DNA from: an uncultured Bacteroidia bacterium
GTDB taxonomy: Bacteria; Bacteroidota; Bacteroidia; Bacteroidales; F082
DNA: 64,000 bases
Direction of reading: 5' to 3'
Assembly (NCBI GenBank): GCA_902801465.1
Contig: CADCIH010000008.1
Span: 4,772 to 68,771, forward strand
Shown: positions 1 through 9,629 of the stretch, one piece after another
Layout: the number at the start of each line of letters is the position of its first letter
Position numbering within the stretch: position 1 is the stretch's first letter
The notes under the pieces: generated by a model
Told to the model about the DNA's origin: nothing
Seen by the model: only the letters and a program-made list of their open reading frames with translations
The model's database searches: none
Made by a program: the position numbers and the translations under genes

Positions 1-251
1 GTTTCAACCTCACCGATTTCGCCCACGACTATGCCATCAACCCCTGCGAGTTGCAGTTGGATTGGCTTATTGACGCTTATCATCAGCTGAAGGACAAAGG
101 CTTCTTCAACAATTATTTTGTGAAGCTCTCCGGCGACAGCCAGTTCCAACGCGACATGGAAAACGAAAGAAGCGCAGATGAAATCCGCGCTTCTTGGTCT
201 GATGATATTGAAGAGTTCAAAGAAATCAGAAAAAAATATCTAATCTATTAG
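1..251 (+). CDS. 3' end of a CDS that starts upstream of the window (function not recognised)
   Basis: The frame is open from base 3 (FNLTDFAHDYAINPCELQLDW...) to TAG at 249-251. Codon usage is GC3-rich like the core genes. Confidence 0.4.
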   Translation, partial: FNLTDFAHDYAINPCELQLDWLIDAYHQLKDKGFFNNYFVKLSGDSQFQRDMENERSADEIRASWSDDIEEFKEIRKKYLIY

Positions 252-252
252 A

Positions 253-298
253 ACTTTTATCTTTTATCTCTTATCTCTTAACTTTTATCTCTTAATCT
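253..298. repeat. Heptamer array (CTTTTAT/CTCTTAT/CTCTTAA units) between convergent genes
   Basis: Direct read: cttttat cttttat ctcttat ctcttaa cttttat ctcttaa. It overlaps the stop codon of the aminotransferase gene at 285. Confidence 0.8.
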
Positions 299-1505
299 TC
301 CCCGGATACTCCTTCAGCGCCTCTTCCAGGCACTTGATGGCAGCTTTCAGGTCGTCGATGCAGAGGCAGTAGGTGATACGGGCTTGATGGCGTCCCTTCT
401 CTGGGTCGGCATAGAAGCCTGTGGCAGGAGCCAGCATGACGGTAGCGCCGTTGTAACTGAAGTCGGTGAGCAGCCATTGGCAGAACTTGTCGCTATCGTC
501 GATGGGCAGGTCGATCACAGTATAGAAGGCGCCTTTCGGCATCGGGCAGAAGCAGCCTGGAATCTTGTTGATGCCGTTGACGATGACGTTGCGGCGGGTG
601 ATGTATTCATTGTAGACGCTATCAAAATACTCCTGAGGGGTGTTGACGGCGGCTTCGGCGAAGATCTGGCCAAATGACGGCGGTGACAGACGGGCTTGGG
701 CGAGACGCATCGCGATGGCATAGACCTCGCTGTTACGGGTCACCATGCAACCCACACGAGCGCCGCATGCGCTGTAGCGCTTCGAGACGGAGTCGAACAG
801 GATGGTGTTGCGTTCCAGTCCCTCGAGCTGCATCACGCTGAAGTGTTTGTGGCCGTCGTAGCAGAACTCACGGTACACCTCATCGGCGAAGAGGTACAGG
901 TCGTACTTCTTGACCAGACCCGCGACCTTCAGCAGTTCCTCATGGGTATAGAGATAACCGGTGGGGTTGTTGGGGTTACAGATCATGATGGCCTTGGTGC
1001 GCGGGGTGATGGCCTTTTCAAAGTCCTCAATCGGAGGCAAGGCGAATCCCGTCTTGATGTCGCTGGGGATGGTGACGATCTTGGCGTCGCACAGTTTGGC
1101 GAAGGTGTTATAGTTGGTATAGTAGGGTTCCGGGATGATGATTTCGTCGCCAGGGTTCAGACACACGGTGAAAGCCATCTGAAGGGCCTCGCTGCCGCCG
1201 TTGGTGACCAGCACCTGATTCGGTGTGACATCGATGCCATGACGGTGGTAGTAATTGCAGAGTGCGCGGCGATAGGTCTGGATACCTGCCGAGTGGCTGT
1301 ATTCCAACACACCGTGGCTTTCTGCCATCTTGTTGGCGGTATCGGCCAAAGCCTTCAAGGCACCGCTGGGGGTCTCGATGTCGGGCTGGCCGATGTTCAG
1401 ATGATACACATGGATACCGCGTTCCTTGGCGGCATCAGCAAACGGAACAAGCTTCCGAATCGCTGATTGCGGAAGCTCTAAACCTTTGTTGGAAATCTGT
1501 GGCAT
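285..1505 (-). CDS. PLP-dependent class I/II aminotransferase (aspartate aminotransferase-like)
   Basis: 406 aa. The PLP-lysine motif SVSKRYSACGARVG is present, with an N-terminal LPQSAIRKL...LNIGQPD signature typical of AspC-family enzymes. Confidence 0.85.
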   Translation of the reverse strand: MPQISNKGLELPQSAIRKLVPFADAAKERGIHVYHLNIGQPDIETPSGALKALADTANKMAESHGVLEYSHSAGIQTYRRALCNYYHRHGIDVTPNQVLVTNGGSEALQMAFTVCLNPGDEIIIPEPYYTNYNTFAKLCDAKIVTIPSDIKTGFALPPIEDFEKAITPRTKAIMICNPNNPTGYLYTHEELLKVAGLVKKYDLYLFADEVYREFCYDGHKHFSVMQLEGLERNTILFDSVSKRYSACGARVGCMVTRNSEVYAIAMRLAQARLSPPSFGQIFAEAAVNTPQEYFDSVYNEYITRRNVIVNGINKIPGCFCPMPKGAFYTVIDLPIDDSDKFCQWLLTDFSYNGATVMLAPATGFYADPEKGRHQARITYCLCIDDLKAAIKCLEEALKEYPGKIKR

Positions 1506-1522
1506 AAAGGAATATGATTCAA

Positions 1523-1987
1523 TTAGTTGTTGTTAAGTGGAGAGCCGATGCCCATGTCTTTTTCAGGAAGGGTCTCGTTGACTTGTTCCAGCACTTTGCC
1601 TGAGATGTGGAGAATCACGGTGCCGTTTTCCTTGGCGTTGGAGTTGACGGTGATGGACTTGTCGATCTTACCCACCTTGGTGGAGCGGTAGGTCACCTTG
1701 ATGACGTCGGAATTGCCGGGAAGGATGGGTTCCTTGGGCCATGAAGGCACGGTGCAGCCGCAGGAGGATCTGGGTTTCTGAAGGATGAGGGGCTCGTTAC
1801 CGGTGTTAGTGAAATGGAATTCGCACTCCACGAAGCCTTCGTTAGCGTTATAAGGCACTTCACCGTAGTCGTGCGTCAGTTTTTCGAATTGGATTTCGGG
1901 TCCGTTTTCAGTGGTCTTAACGTCCTGTGCCTTGGCGAGGCCCATGGCCATCACCAGAACACCAATAAACAATACAAGCTTTTTCAT
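1523..1987 (-). CDS. DUF1573 domain-containing secreted protein
   Basis: Signal peptide MKKLVLFIGVLVMAMGLAKA. The motifs HDYGEV...F.FTNTGNEPL...SSCGCTVP are characteristic of DUF1573. Confidence 0.75.
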   Translation of the reverse strand: MKKLVLFIGVLVMAMGLAKAQDVKTTENGPEIQFEKLTHDYGEVPYNANEGFVECEFHFTNTGNEPLILQKPRSSCGCTVPSWPKEPILPGNSDVIKVTYRSTKVGKIDKSITVNSNAKENGTVILHISGKVLEQVNETLPEKDMGIGSPLNNN

Positions 1988-2113
1988 TGTTATTTAAATT
2001 ATAAGATGTGCAAAAGTATAAATATTTCTTTTAATGAGGAACAAAAAATGAAAAAGTTCAAAAACCATACCAAAATTTTTTCCAAAAAGTGTTGCAGGTA
2101 ACAAAAAATGTAG

Positions 2114-2121
2114 TACTTTTG
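2114..2121 (+). promoter_or_regulatory. Bacteroidota -7 promoter box (TACTTTTG) for the tRNA
   Basis: Matches TAnnTTTG 13 nt upstream of the tRNA 5' end. Confidence 0.5.
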
Positions 2122-2134
2122 CCGCTCGAAACAT

Positions 2135-2208
2135 GGCGGGATAGCTCAGTAGGTTAGAGCGTCGGATTCATAACCCGGAGGTCATGAGTTCAATTCTCAT
2201 TCCCGCTA
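2135..2208 (+). tRNA. tRNA-Met(CAT): tRNA with CAT anticodon (Met; Ile2/lysidine not excluded)
   Basis: Hand-folded 74-nt cloverleaf. Acceptor GGCGGGA/TCCCGCT, D arm GCTC-AGTAGGTTA-GAGC, anticodon loop TTCATAA, variable loop AGGTC, T arm ATGAG-TTCAATT-CTCAT, discriminator A. One A31-C39 mismatch. Confidence 0.85.
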
Positions 2209-3835
2209 CTGAATGAGAGCAAGGCGAAAAATCAGTCTTGCTCTCTTTTTTTTCATCATTACAATCGCTTGATTTACAGTGGTTTTTAATAAAAAATGGA
2301 TTGATTTCAGGAGTTAGAACCTCCCTGTTTTCGGGATTGATGAGAATACCCCGTGGAAACACCAATTCCTGCACCCTCTTCTTTGTTTCAAGGTCTTCTA
2401 ACTTCCAATAAATGTGAGCCTTACAAATTGTATCAATCGCATTTTCAACATCTGAAAAAGTGTTAGAACTCTTTTCGACCAAATCCTCCCTTTCCACCTG
2501 TAAACGCATCTTTTCATCGTTTAACTGAGCCGCCCTTGCCTCGTACTTATCTAATGGAAAGTGTTCAAATAAATACTTATCTTCCAAGGCTTTTTCCTTT
2601 GCTTCTATTTCAGCAATTTGCTTGTCTAACGCCTTAATGCACTGCTCAACATTGTTACCGCCACACAAGATTTCTTTCACCATATCCATCATAGGTACTT
2701 TGAAACGCTCATCAAGTGAATAATCGCTGAGCATTTCAGCAAAGACATCATTTAGCCCCTTGTTTCGGGAATGCCCCAATGTGTCTGCATTGAAATTCTT
2801 TGTGCAAGTCTTGCACTTGTAATAACTGATTCCCCTTTTCTTGTTTGTATAACCCACCATAATGTGCCCACACTTGGAACACACGGCAAAATGCGCCAAT
2901 GGGTACTCAGCATTACCTTCGGTGTTGTATGCCCTTGCTTTAAACGGGTCATCCTTGTAGTTCACTTTGAAGAAATCTTCCTCGCTGACAATGGCTTCCC
3001 ACTTACCCTTAACGGGATGGTCAAGCAAACCATTACGATTCACACCCGCATAGAACGGATTAGACCATATATATCCCAAACGGCAAATTGAAATCTTCAT
3101 TCCATACCTATCCTTCAACTCCTTTTGGATTTGAGCATCCGACCAACCCAACACCTTCCATTTCCAAGCCTCTCTTAAGTGTTCACCCTTCTCGTTCAAC
3201 ACTATCTGTTGCGTCCCCCGCAACTTGTCACCATCTATGACACGTTTACCATAGGTGTCATACCCAAACGGGGCTTTCCCAAGCCAATTACCCGCCTCCA
3301 CGAATGACTTCATCCCCGGTAGCGTGCGTTCTAAACGTTCCTTGTTTTCTTTCTCCGCCTCCAACAACTTCTCATATATCCTTATCCTACCTTCTTCGTT
3401 ATCAGTACAGAGACCCGTTGAAGTCTCTAACAGATGAACACCTTTGTTGTAAATCAAGTTATCCACCAATCCTATTGCCCTACCCCCTGTTCGTGAAAAA
3501 CGGGAAATGAACTTGATAGCAATGGCATAGGGCTTAGGCTTCACCTTAGTAGCCGTTTCAATAAGAGCCTTAAACTCTTTACGGGTGAAATCGCCTTTGG
3601 CACTCTCATATTGACCGCCTTTAATATCAATCAACTCATAATTGTGAACCTTCGCAAATTCTCTAATGCTTCTATCCTGCTCTTCTATGCTATAACCCTT
3701 AAGTTGCTGTTTGGAACTAACTCGGGTATAGCCCAAAAGACGCTTTTTCTCAGGCTGTCTAAGTTTCTGCTCAGCCTCTTTCGGCTTCATAAAGCCACTA
3801 AATCTGTCTAAGTTTATCTCTTTCATATTCTTCAA
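2168..3835 (-). CDS. Large serine recombinase (resolvase/invertase N-domain, recombinase domain, zinc ribbon, coiled coil)
   Basis: Catalytic YTRVSSKQQ motif, zinc ribbon CSKCGH...YYKCKTC and a C-terminal coiled coil. The last 13 codons (VAGMRIELMTSGL) are antisense to the tRNA. Alternative starts lie at 3826 and 3790. Confidence 0.85.
   Translation of the reverse strand: MKNMKEINLDRFSGFMKPKEAEQKLRQPEKKRLLGYTRVSSKQQLKGYSIEEQDRSIREFAKVHNYELIDIKGGQYESAKGDFTRKEFKALIETATKVKPKPYAIAIKFISRFSRTGGRAIGLVDNLIYNKGVHLLETSTGLCTDNEEGRIRIYEKLLEAEKENKERLERTLPGMKSFVEAGNWLGKAPFGYDTYGKRVIDGDKLRGTQQIVLNEKGEHLREAWKWKVLGWSDAQIQKELKDRYGMKISICRLGYIWSNPFYAGVNRNGLLDHPVKGKWEAIVSEEDFFKVNYKDDPFKARAYNTEGNAEYPLAHFAVCSKCGHIMVGYTNKKRGISYYKCKTCTKNFNADTLGHSRNKGLNDVFAEMLSDYSLDERFKVPMMDMVKEILCGGNNVEQCIKALDKQIAEIEAKEKALEDKYLFEHFPLDKYEARAAQLNDEKMRLQVEREDLVEKSSNTFSDVENAIDTICKAHIYWKLEDLETKKRVQELVFPRGILINPENREVLTPEINPFFIKNHCKSSDCNDEKKESKTDFSPCSHSVAGMRIELMTSGL
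2215..2253 (+). terminator. Rho-independent terminator of the tRNA
   Basis: Stem gagagcaag (2215-2223) pairs with cttgctctc (2237-2245), followed by T8. Confidence 0.7.
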
Positions 3836-3980
3836 TTTTAATTCTATTCGTCAAATAAGCACCTGAAATGGTGTACATCAGCATCAACGCCTTTTCAAGT
3901 TCTTCATCGGTCATATCGCCGAAACCATCATACTTCCTTAGTCGGTCTTTCGTGAAGACACATTCATCATACGGATTCAT
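3798..3980 (-). CDS. Small hypothetical protein upstream of or overlapping the recombinase start
   Basis: 60-aa ORF only. Its position suggests a possible directionality or accessory factor, but no motif was recognised. Confidence 0.25.
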   Translation of the reverse strand: MNPYDECVFTKDRLRKYDGFGDMTDEELEKALMLMYTISGAYLTNRIKIEEYERDKLRQI

Positions 3981-4340
3981 TCATACGGCATTGATACCCT
4001 TTATTCTTCAAGGTGTTCACACCGCACATTGTTCTACTTTTGTTGAAACTCATTCCTTCAATTTTATTCTAAATTATTATTCGTCAGTATATTGTGAAGC
4101 ATTATCGACATAATGCATCATCTAACTAAGAGCTAATGTACAAAAAAACCCTGAGACAAACAAAAAAATGATGCCAAACCCTTCATTATTTGGTTTTTCC
4201 GTTTTTTGTTTGTATATTAGTAGAAACGACCTGAGATTTAGAATTATCATTTTTCACCTCGATGAGCAAGTAACACAGGTTCTCAGGTCGCCGTGTTATT
4301 CATTGAGGCATATAAGAATAAAGGGTAAAAATTTAGTAAA

Positions 4341-5153
4341 ATGACCCACAAACAACCTGACAAACTATCGTTTGTCGTTTATAATTCATTCTTTGAGGCA
4401 GCGGAAAACTTGAACGGGGACGACTTCAAGAAATGTTTTCTTAACCTCAGGGATTACGCCCTATTCGGCATTGACGAAGATACCGATAATTGGGCAATCA
4501 ACATTATCTTATCAATGGCAAAGCCCTTGGTGGCTTCGGCTCGTAAACGCTATGAGAACTGCGTTGAGAATGGCAATAAAGGTAGAGACTACGGGAAGAA
4601 CGGGGGAAGGCCCAAGAAAACATTAGAAGAAAAACCCCAAGAAAAGCCCCAAACGAACCCCCAAAACCAACCCCTTAATGATAATGCTTATGTAAATAAA
4701 TATGATTATACGAAGGCTAATACTGATAGCAATGCTGAAAATACAAATCATTTACATAATACATTAAACAATCCTTCAGATAATATAGTTGATAGTTTAC
4801 TAATCAACGATGAAGCGGAAACAGAACAACCTTCAAGCCGTAAACCTTCAGAACCTCACTACGAATGTCTAAGGTTTATGTTTAAGAAAGCCCCCAACGA
4901 AATGGATGAAGTGGAGTATTATGAGTTTTGGCTTTGCCAAACATTTTACAAGTTGGTAAGAATGGATGAAGGAGCATTGACCAAGGATGAAAAACTCTTC
5001 TTTCAGGCTGTCAAGTATTACAAATTAGTGTATAAGGTCAATGATGAGAACCAAGCAATCAGGGACATCAACCAAATAAAAAGGAAGGCTAAGTCAATGA
5101 TTGAGGCGTATGAGAATGAAATAAAAGGGAAGTATAATGATGGCTCCAAATAA
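4341..5153 (+). CDS. Hypothetical protein with a DUF6291-like N-terminus and a low-complexity middle
   Basis: The N-terminal FYNSFFEAAENL...ALFGIDED...KRYENCVENGNKGRDYGKNGGRPKK resembles phage or element DUF6291 proteins. This rests on memory only. Confidence 0.4.
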   Translation: MTHKQPDKLSFVVYNSFFEAAENLNGDDFKKCFLNLRDYALFGIDEDTDNWAINIILSMAKPLVASARKRYENCVENGNKGRDYGKNGGRPKKTLEEKPQEKPQTNPQNQPLNDNAYVNKYDYTKANTDSNAENTNHLHNTLNNPSDNIVDSLLINDEAETEQPSSRKPSEPHYECLRFMFKKAPNEMDEVEYYEFWLCQTFYKLVRMDEGALTKDEKLFFQAVKYYKLVYKVNDENQAIRDINQIKRKAKSMIEAYENEIKGKYNDGSK

Positions 5154-5269
5154 AAAAGCCTAATATTTGCATCCACTTTTACGTTCGCAGTAAAGCCTAA
5201 GGAAAGGAAGGCGGCTCATTTGATTGGGTCGCCTCTCTCATTTGGCTTCTACATTAAGCCAAGTTGTGA

Positions 5270-6811
5270 TTAGTATATTTTAATAAGACAAATGTAGTCT
5301 TTTAGGATGGCTATTTGCTCCTCCATATTCTTGTCTGCAATGGATGATTTTGAGGGCAAATCTTCCATTTGTGGCACCATATTGATGGCATTCAAAAGAT
5401 ATAATGATTTAACTGCGTAATTGACATTCTCAACCTTTGTTCCAATGGCTTTTTCATTTAAAGCAGAAGAAGTAATCCCTACAACATTGCCGTTTTTATT
5501 GATTAAAGGCCCTCCGCTATTTCCGGGTTGAATTGGGACTGTGATTTGATACTTTCTAATATCGTCATCAATTCCTGTTTTAGCACTGATTATACCATTC
5601 GTAACTTTATAACTACTTCCCATCACATCGTTGAGCGGGAAACCAATGGTATATACATCGGCACCGATGTTTATATTGGATTCAATAGTGTAGGGTAATT
5701 TATCGAATGGGGTAAACGTTTCATCTTCAATTTTAATTATTGCCACATCATTTGCCGCATCTGTCACAATCACTTCGGCATTATATTGAACAACCTTGTC
5801 ATTTTTCAACATATCAACAGTTATTCTGTTATTTCCTGCTATAACGTGATTGTTAGTTGCGATATATCCATCCCGTGAAATAATGAAACCTGTTCCCGAA
5901 GCAACAACAGTATTAGAAGGTCTCGTGGGAGTTGTTTGGGGAGGGGCTGATTGTATTATTGGATAAAGTTTTATAAATGATATAGTTTTGTCTTTTTCAA
6001 CTTGGCTTAAGTCAATTGATAACACCCCCCTGGATTCGTATGTTGCAAATGTTTCAACAGACTGCTTGTTTCCCATATAAAATCTGGCAGAATAAAGAGA
6101 CATATTTGCCTTTTCAAATACTGCTTTAACTTCTCCAGGCTCCCACGGGTATTGCTCCGTTTCGATAACAATTGCTTTAAATACATCACCGTCTTTAACA
6201 ATTCCAATTTTATAATATCTTGTTCTCTCACCTGTCACAATTTTATAGACCCCTTCGATTTCCGACAAATATGTGCAAGTATCAAGATAATGCTTAATAG
6301 ATTGTTCTGTCCAATCAGTTTTTTCGACCTTTGGATATTTAATTTGCGGCGTTTTTTCCGAATCGAACGTATATGACATTTTTTCCAAATCGCTTAAAGC
6401 ATTTCTTGTGGCATTATTCAGGTCGCCTTGCAAAGTAAGCCCCATTCCTCTCCCACTTAAAACGAGCACCGTTTCTTTCAAGACATTTGTAAGTGTAATT
6501 GTTACATTGTTGTAACACATATCACAATAATCTGCTGAATGTTGGATTGTACAGATAAGGATTGTGAAGAACTCTTTCGATTCATTATCAGGCAATTGGT
6601 TATTATAATTTACAACGATAAACCCTTTTTTTTCAAAACATCTCGAAACCTTATCCGCAATTCCCCATTTATCGACGCTTCCGTCCGTGTAAGTAAGTGG
6701 CGGTAAATACAGATATTTATATCCATCAAGTGTTTGAGAGATACACGATAAAGTAGTTGTGAATATTATTACGATGCCAACAATATACTTTTTTAAATTA
6801 CAATTATTCAT
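5270..6811 (-). CDS. Secreted trypsin-like (S1C/DegP-like) serine protease with a large N-terminal domain
   Basis: Signal or TM segment at the N-terminus. Catalytic triad context GTGFIISRDGYIATNNHVI, NDVAIIKI and QPGNSGGPLINKNGNVVGI. Confidence 0.8.
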   Translation of the reverse strand: MNNCNLKKYIVGIVIIFTTTLSCISQTLDGYKYLYLPPLTYTDGSVDKWGIADKVSRCFEKKGFIVVNYNNQLPDNESKEFFTILICTIQHSADYCDMCYNNVTITLTNVLKETVLVLSGRGMGLTLQGDLNNATRNALSDLEKMSYTFDSEKTPQIKYPKVEKTDWTEQSIKHYLDTCTYLSEIEGVYKIVTGERTRYYKIGIVKDGDVFKAIVIETEQYPWEPGEVKAVFEKANMSLYSARFYMGNKQSVETFATYESRGVLSIDLSQVEKDKTISFIKLYPIIQSAPPQTTPTRPSNTVVASGTGFIISRDGYIATNNHVIAGNNRITVDMLKNDKVVQYNAEVIVTDAANDVAIIKIEDETFTPFDKLPYTIESNINIGADVYTIGFPLNDVMGSSYKVTNGIISAKTGIDDDIRKYQITVPIQPGNSGGPLINKNGNVVGITSSALNEKAIGTKVENVNYAVKSLYLLNAINMVPQMEDLPSKSSIADKNMEEQIAILKDYICLIKIY

Positions 6812-6892
6812 ACTCTTTATTTTTTAAGATGTAGGTGCAAAAATACTAAATTTCTATCAGTTATAATGCTTTGTCTTCGATTCGGAAAAAAA

Positions 6893-7678
6893 TTATGGCT
6901 TAAACTTACGCAATTGAACACATTTATTTGTCCAATGGTTAGTTTTCATAAGAGTTTTGAATTTTTTATACCATTCTATTTGTTCGTCAGTTTTTTCTTT
7001 CTCATAAAACACGGTGATTCCCGTCAATGTGCTCTGAGGATAATATACCCTCATACGTTCTTTGCCATCAACATTTGTAAAAACTCGGTTATCTTGTTTT
7101 TGCTTGTGAAAAATATGTCGCCATTCTTCTTCATCTTCCCATTCTTGCTCAGACTTTATTGTTGCAATTTTAGATATAATATCCTGTTCTCGCTCAATGC
7201 GAGTATATAATGCATTAATACTATGGTCTCCTTGAACGGACTTGAAATCTGAAATATACTGTTGAATCAATTCTTCAAGGTCTTTGTCTGTCAAGTATTG
7301 GCATTTTTCTATATCATCTTGTGTTTTATAATGTCTAAAATCAAATTCTAATCTGACATTTCCGTATTCTCTTAGCATATATTGGTTCACTTTTCCTTCG
7401 CTAAATGAATTGGTAAATATCAGTTCTTCTTTTACGTGGATTTGTTCTAACATTGACCTCATTCCTTCTTCAAGCATAAAAGTCTTGACACTTTCAGCAA
7501 GTTTCTGCCCTAAAACAGTCTCTTTGTCATCATTCTTCTCTTTGCAATTCTTTAACCAAAAACAAATCTCTTTATCAGTTCCAACGCCGCCTGTCAAAAT
7601 GCTCATTGCAAAAGGAGCCTTGGTATAATGAAAAAGTCTTGACGGAATTGGAGGATTAAGGGCAAGAACGAAACTCAT
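6893..7678 (-). CDS. DUF2971-like protein
   Basis: Motifs LFHYTKAPFAMSIL, FTNSFSEG...REYGNVRLEFDF and EWEDEEEWR match the layout recalled for DUF2971. Confidence 0.45.
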   Translation of the reverse strand: MSFVLALNPPIPSRLFHYTKAPFAMSILTGGVGTDKEICFWLKNCKEKNDDKETVLGQKLAESVKTFMLEEGMRSMLEQIHVKEELIFTNSFSEGKVNQYMLREYGNVRLEFDFRHYKTQDDIEKCQYLTDKDLEELIQQYISDFKSVQGDHSINALYTRIEREQDIISKIATIKSEQEWEDEEEWRHIFHKQKQDNRVFTNVDGKERMRVYYPQSTLTGITVFYEKEKTDEQIEWYKKFKTLMKTNHWTNKCVQLRKFKP

Positions 7679-7695
7679 AGTAGTGTTTTTTTAGG

Positions 7696-7965
7696 TTACT
7701 GATTCTTTTTCGACCCAAGATGATTGCCTGATTTGGTTGCTGTTGGTTTCAGGATAATCTCACCTTTGCGGAAAATAAAGCCCGTGGGCGACACAAATTC
7801 TAAGGGCTTCCCTTCCTTGCGTAACTTGCAATAGACATTGTTCAAGTATTGGATAGTTACGCCGATTTCATCCGTTCCATATCGGTCATAAACAGCCGAT
7901 GGAGAACCATAGAACTCAAATCGACCATCTTTTTCTAAATAGATAACGTTTCGTGCCATAAACAT
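7696..7965 (-). CDS. Hypothetical protein
   Basis: 89-aa ORF co-oriented with and closely spaced to the upstream gene. No motif recognised. Confidence 0.35.
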   Translation of the reverse strand: MFMARNVIYLEKDGRFEFYGSPSAVYDRYGTDEIGVTIQYLNNVYCKLRKEGKPLEFVSPTGFIFRKGEIILKPTATKSGNHLGSKKNQ

Positions 7966-8097
7966 TCAGTCTTAAAAAGTCCAAAATTATGAAAAATGCT
8001 ATTTGTATCAAAATAAATCAATTTTTTTTGAAAAAAAGACGCCTAAAATGTTATTTGATACAAATAATATCGTATATTTGCAGAGAAAACAAAGGAA

Positions 8098-8502
8098 ATG
8101 ATAGATAAACAGAGAATTAACAATAAAAACACTACTACAATGAACACTGCAATTTCAACCAACTGTCAAGTAATGAGTAACATCGCCATCGTGAACAATA
8201 TGACCGCTCAGCGTGCAAAGGTCATTGCCGCACGTACCAACAGCATCGACAATGGCATTGTCAAGGCTGCTATGATAAATGAATTGAAGGCTAAAATGGC
8301 TAATGGCATCGCCCATTTTATCTTTGTAAAGAAAAACGGGGAACTGCGAGAGGCTTGGGGTACTACAATGAGCAACATCGCCAAAGCAAAGACTAATGGC
8401 AGAGGTGTTAGCCGTGAAAACTATCACACCACCCCATTTTTCTGCGTGGAAAGTGGAGAATGGAGGTCGTTCAGATGGGAAACTCTTATCAAGGTCTTTT
8501 AA
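8098..8502 (+). CDS. SH3 beta-barrel (DUF2693-like) protein
   Basis: The C-terminal FIFVKKNGELREAWGT...FFCVESGEWRSFRWETLIKVF resembles DUF2693 proteins of Bacteroides elements. A TAnnTTTG box (tatatttg) lies just upstream. Confidence 0.45.
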   Translation: MIDKQRINNKNTTTMNTAISTNCQVMSNIAIVNNMTAQRAKVIAARTNSIDNGIVKAAMINELKAKMANGIAHFIFVKKNGELREAWGTTMSNIAKAKTNGRGVSRENYHTTPFFCVESGEWRSFRWETLIKVF

Positions 8503-8555
8503 TTGAATGTATAACACGGGAGGGGCGTAACAGCCTCTCCCACAACAAATTTAAT

Positions 8556-8897
8556 ATGGAATTAGCGCAATATATACTTGGTATTCTTAGAACAGATTTA
8601 ATGGCTGTTTACTCATGGCGTTTCTGTAAACCTGTCGCCATCAAGAACGGACTAAGATTCCACGTCAATGGCTTCAAACATCAAGGTTGGGTCGAAGTGG
8701 TCTATGATGAGGGTTGGGACTTGTTCACCATCCGTTTAATCAAAGGCGGGAAAATGATTAGGGAAATAGAACAGGTCTATGTGGATATGTTGGTGAACAC
8801 CATCGACAACGCCGTTGAGCGTACCGCCGACTATGCCAAAGATGTTGAGCATTGGTTGGAACAGGTCGGCATAACTTGGTTCAACAAATGGCAATAG
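8556..8897 (+). CDS. Hypothetical protein
   Basis: The ORF is taken from the ATG at 8556 (MELAQYILG...), because the longer ORF-track start overlaps the previous gene. No motif recognised. Confidence 0.4.
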   Translation: MELAQYILGILRTDLMAVYSWRFCKPVAIKNGLRFHVNGFKHQGWVEVVYDEGWDLFTIRLIKGGKMIREIEQVYVDMLVNTIDNAVERTADYAKDVEHWLEQVGITWFNKWQ

Positions 8898-8990
8898 TGA
8901 AACACTTATTGAAAATCAACAAGTTAAATATCAAATAGAGTAAATCGGTTTCAGTTTTATATCAATCAAAATCAAAATCAAACCACTACT

Positions 8991-9575
8991 ATGGCACTCA
9001 AAGGACAATACACCACCGCCGACTACCTCCCTTGGAATGAGGCAATGCAACTCGTTAAGAAACTCTATCGGGATGGTCGTTATAGGGATAGCCTCCTGCT
9101 TGCAACGGGCTTTATGACGGGTCTTAGAATTTCGGATATTCTCAGATTGACCTTCGCTGACATCCTGAACGGAGATATGCTCATCATCAACGAAAAGAAA
9201 ACGAGCAAAAGGCGTGAAATACCGCTGAGCAAAGACTACAAGAAACACGTTGAAGAATGCTTTAAGGCGTTAGGGCTGAGCGATACCTCCAAGCCGATGT
9301 TCCAATCTTACCAAGGTTCGGTCATTACAATCCAAATGGTCAATAAGATTCTTCACGGGTTGAAAGACCGCTACCACCTGAGCATTGAACACTTTACAAG
9401 TCATTCGCTCCGAAAGACCTTTGCCCGCCGAATTTATGACACGGCAAAAGACAGAGAATATGCGCTTATCAAGTTGAGTTCTGTGCTTGGACATAGTAAT
9501 TCCGCCATCACCCGCCGATATTTATCTATCAAGCGTGAAGAGATTTTAAATTGCTATTCGGTGTTGGAATGGTAA
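8991..9575 (+). CDS. Short tyrosine recombinase (catalytic domain only)
   Basis: Motifs MTGLRISDIL (Arg), HSLRKTFA (HxxR) and LGHSNSAITRRYL (His...Tyr). At 194 aa it lacks a recognisable N-terminal core-binding domain. Confidence 0.75.
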   Translation: MALKGQYTTADYLPWNEAMQLVKKLYRDGRYRDSLLLATGFMTGLRISDILRLTFADILNGDMLIINEKKTSKRREIPLSKDYKKHVEECFKALGLSDTSKPMFQSYQGSVITIQMVNKILHGLKDRYHLSIEHFTSHSLRKTFARRIYDTAKDREYALIKLSSVLGHSNSAITRRYLSIKREEILNCYSVLEW

Positions 9576-9580
9576 AACAA

Positions 9581-9610
9581 AAAGGGAGGTTGTTTAGCCT
9601 CCCTTTATTC
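9581..9610. terminator. Bidirectional hairpin terminator between convergent genes
   Basis: aaagggagg (9581-9589) pairs with cctcccttt (9598-9606), flanked by A and T runs. Confidence 0.6.
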
Positions 9611-9629
9611 AAGTATCTTTATGCAAATG

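Noticed and set aside
8007-8076. 12-bp inverted repeat ATTTGTATCAAA / TTTGATACAAAT in the divergent promoter region between 7965 and 8098, considered as a possible operator.
   Set aside because: It is plausible, but the region is AT-rich, where such matches are common, and no regulator gene is evident in the island. It was left out of the findings.
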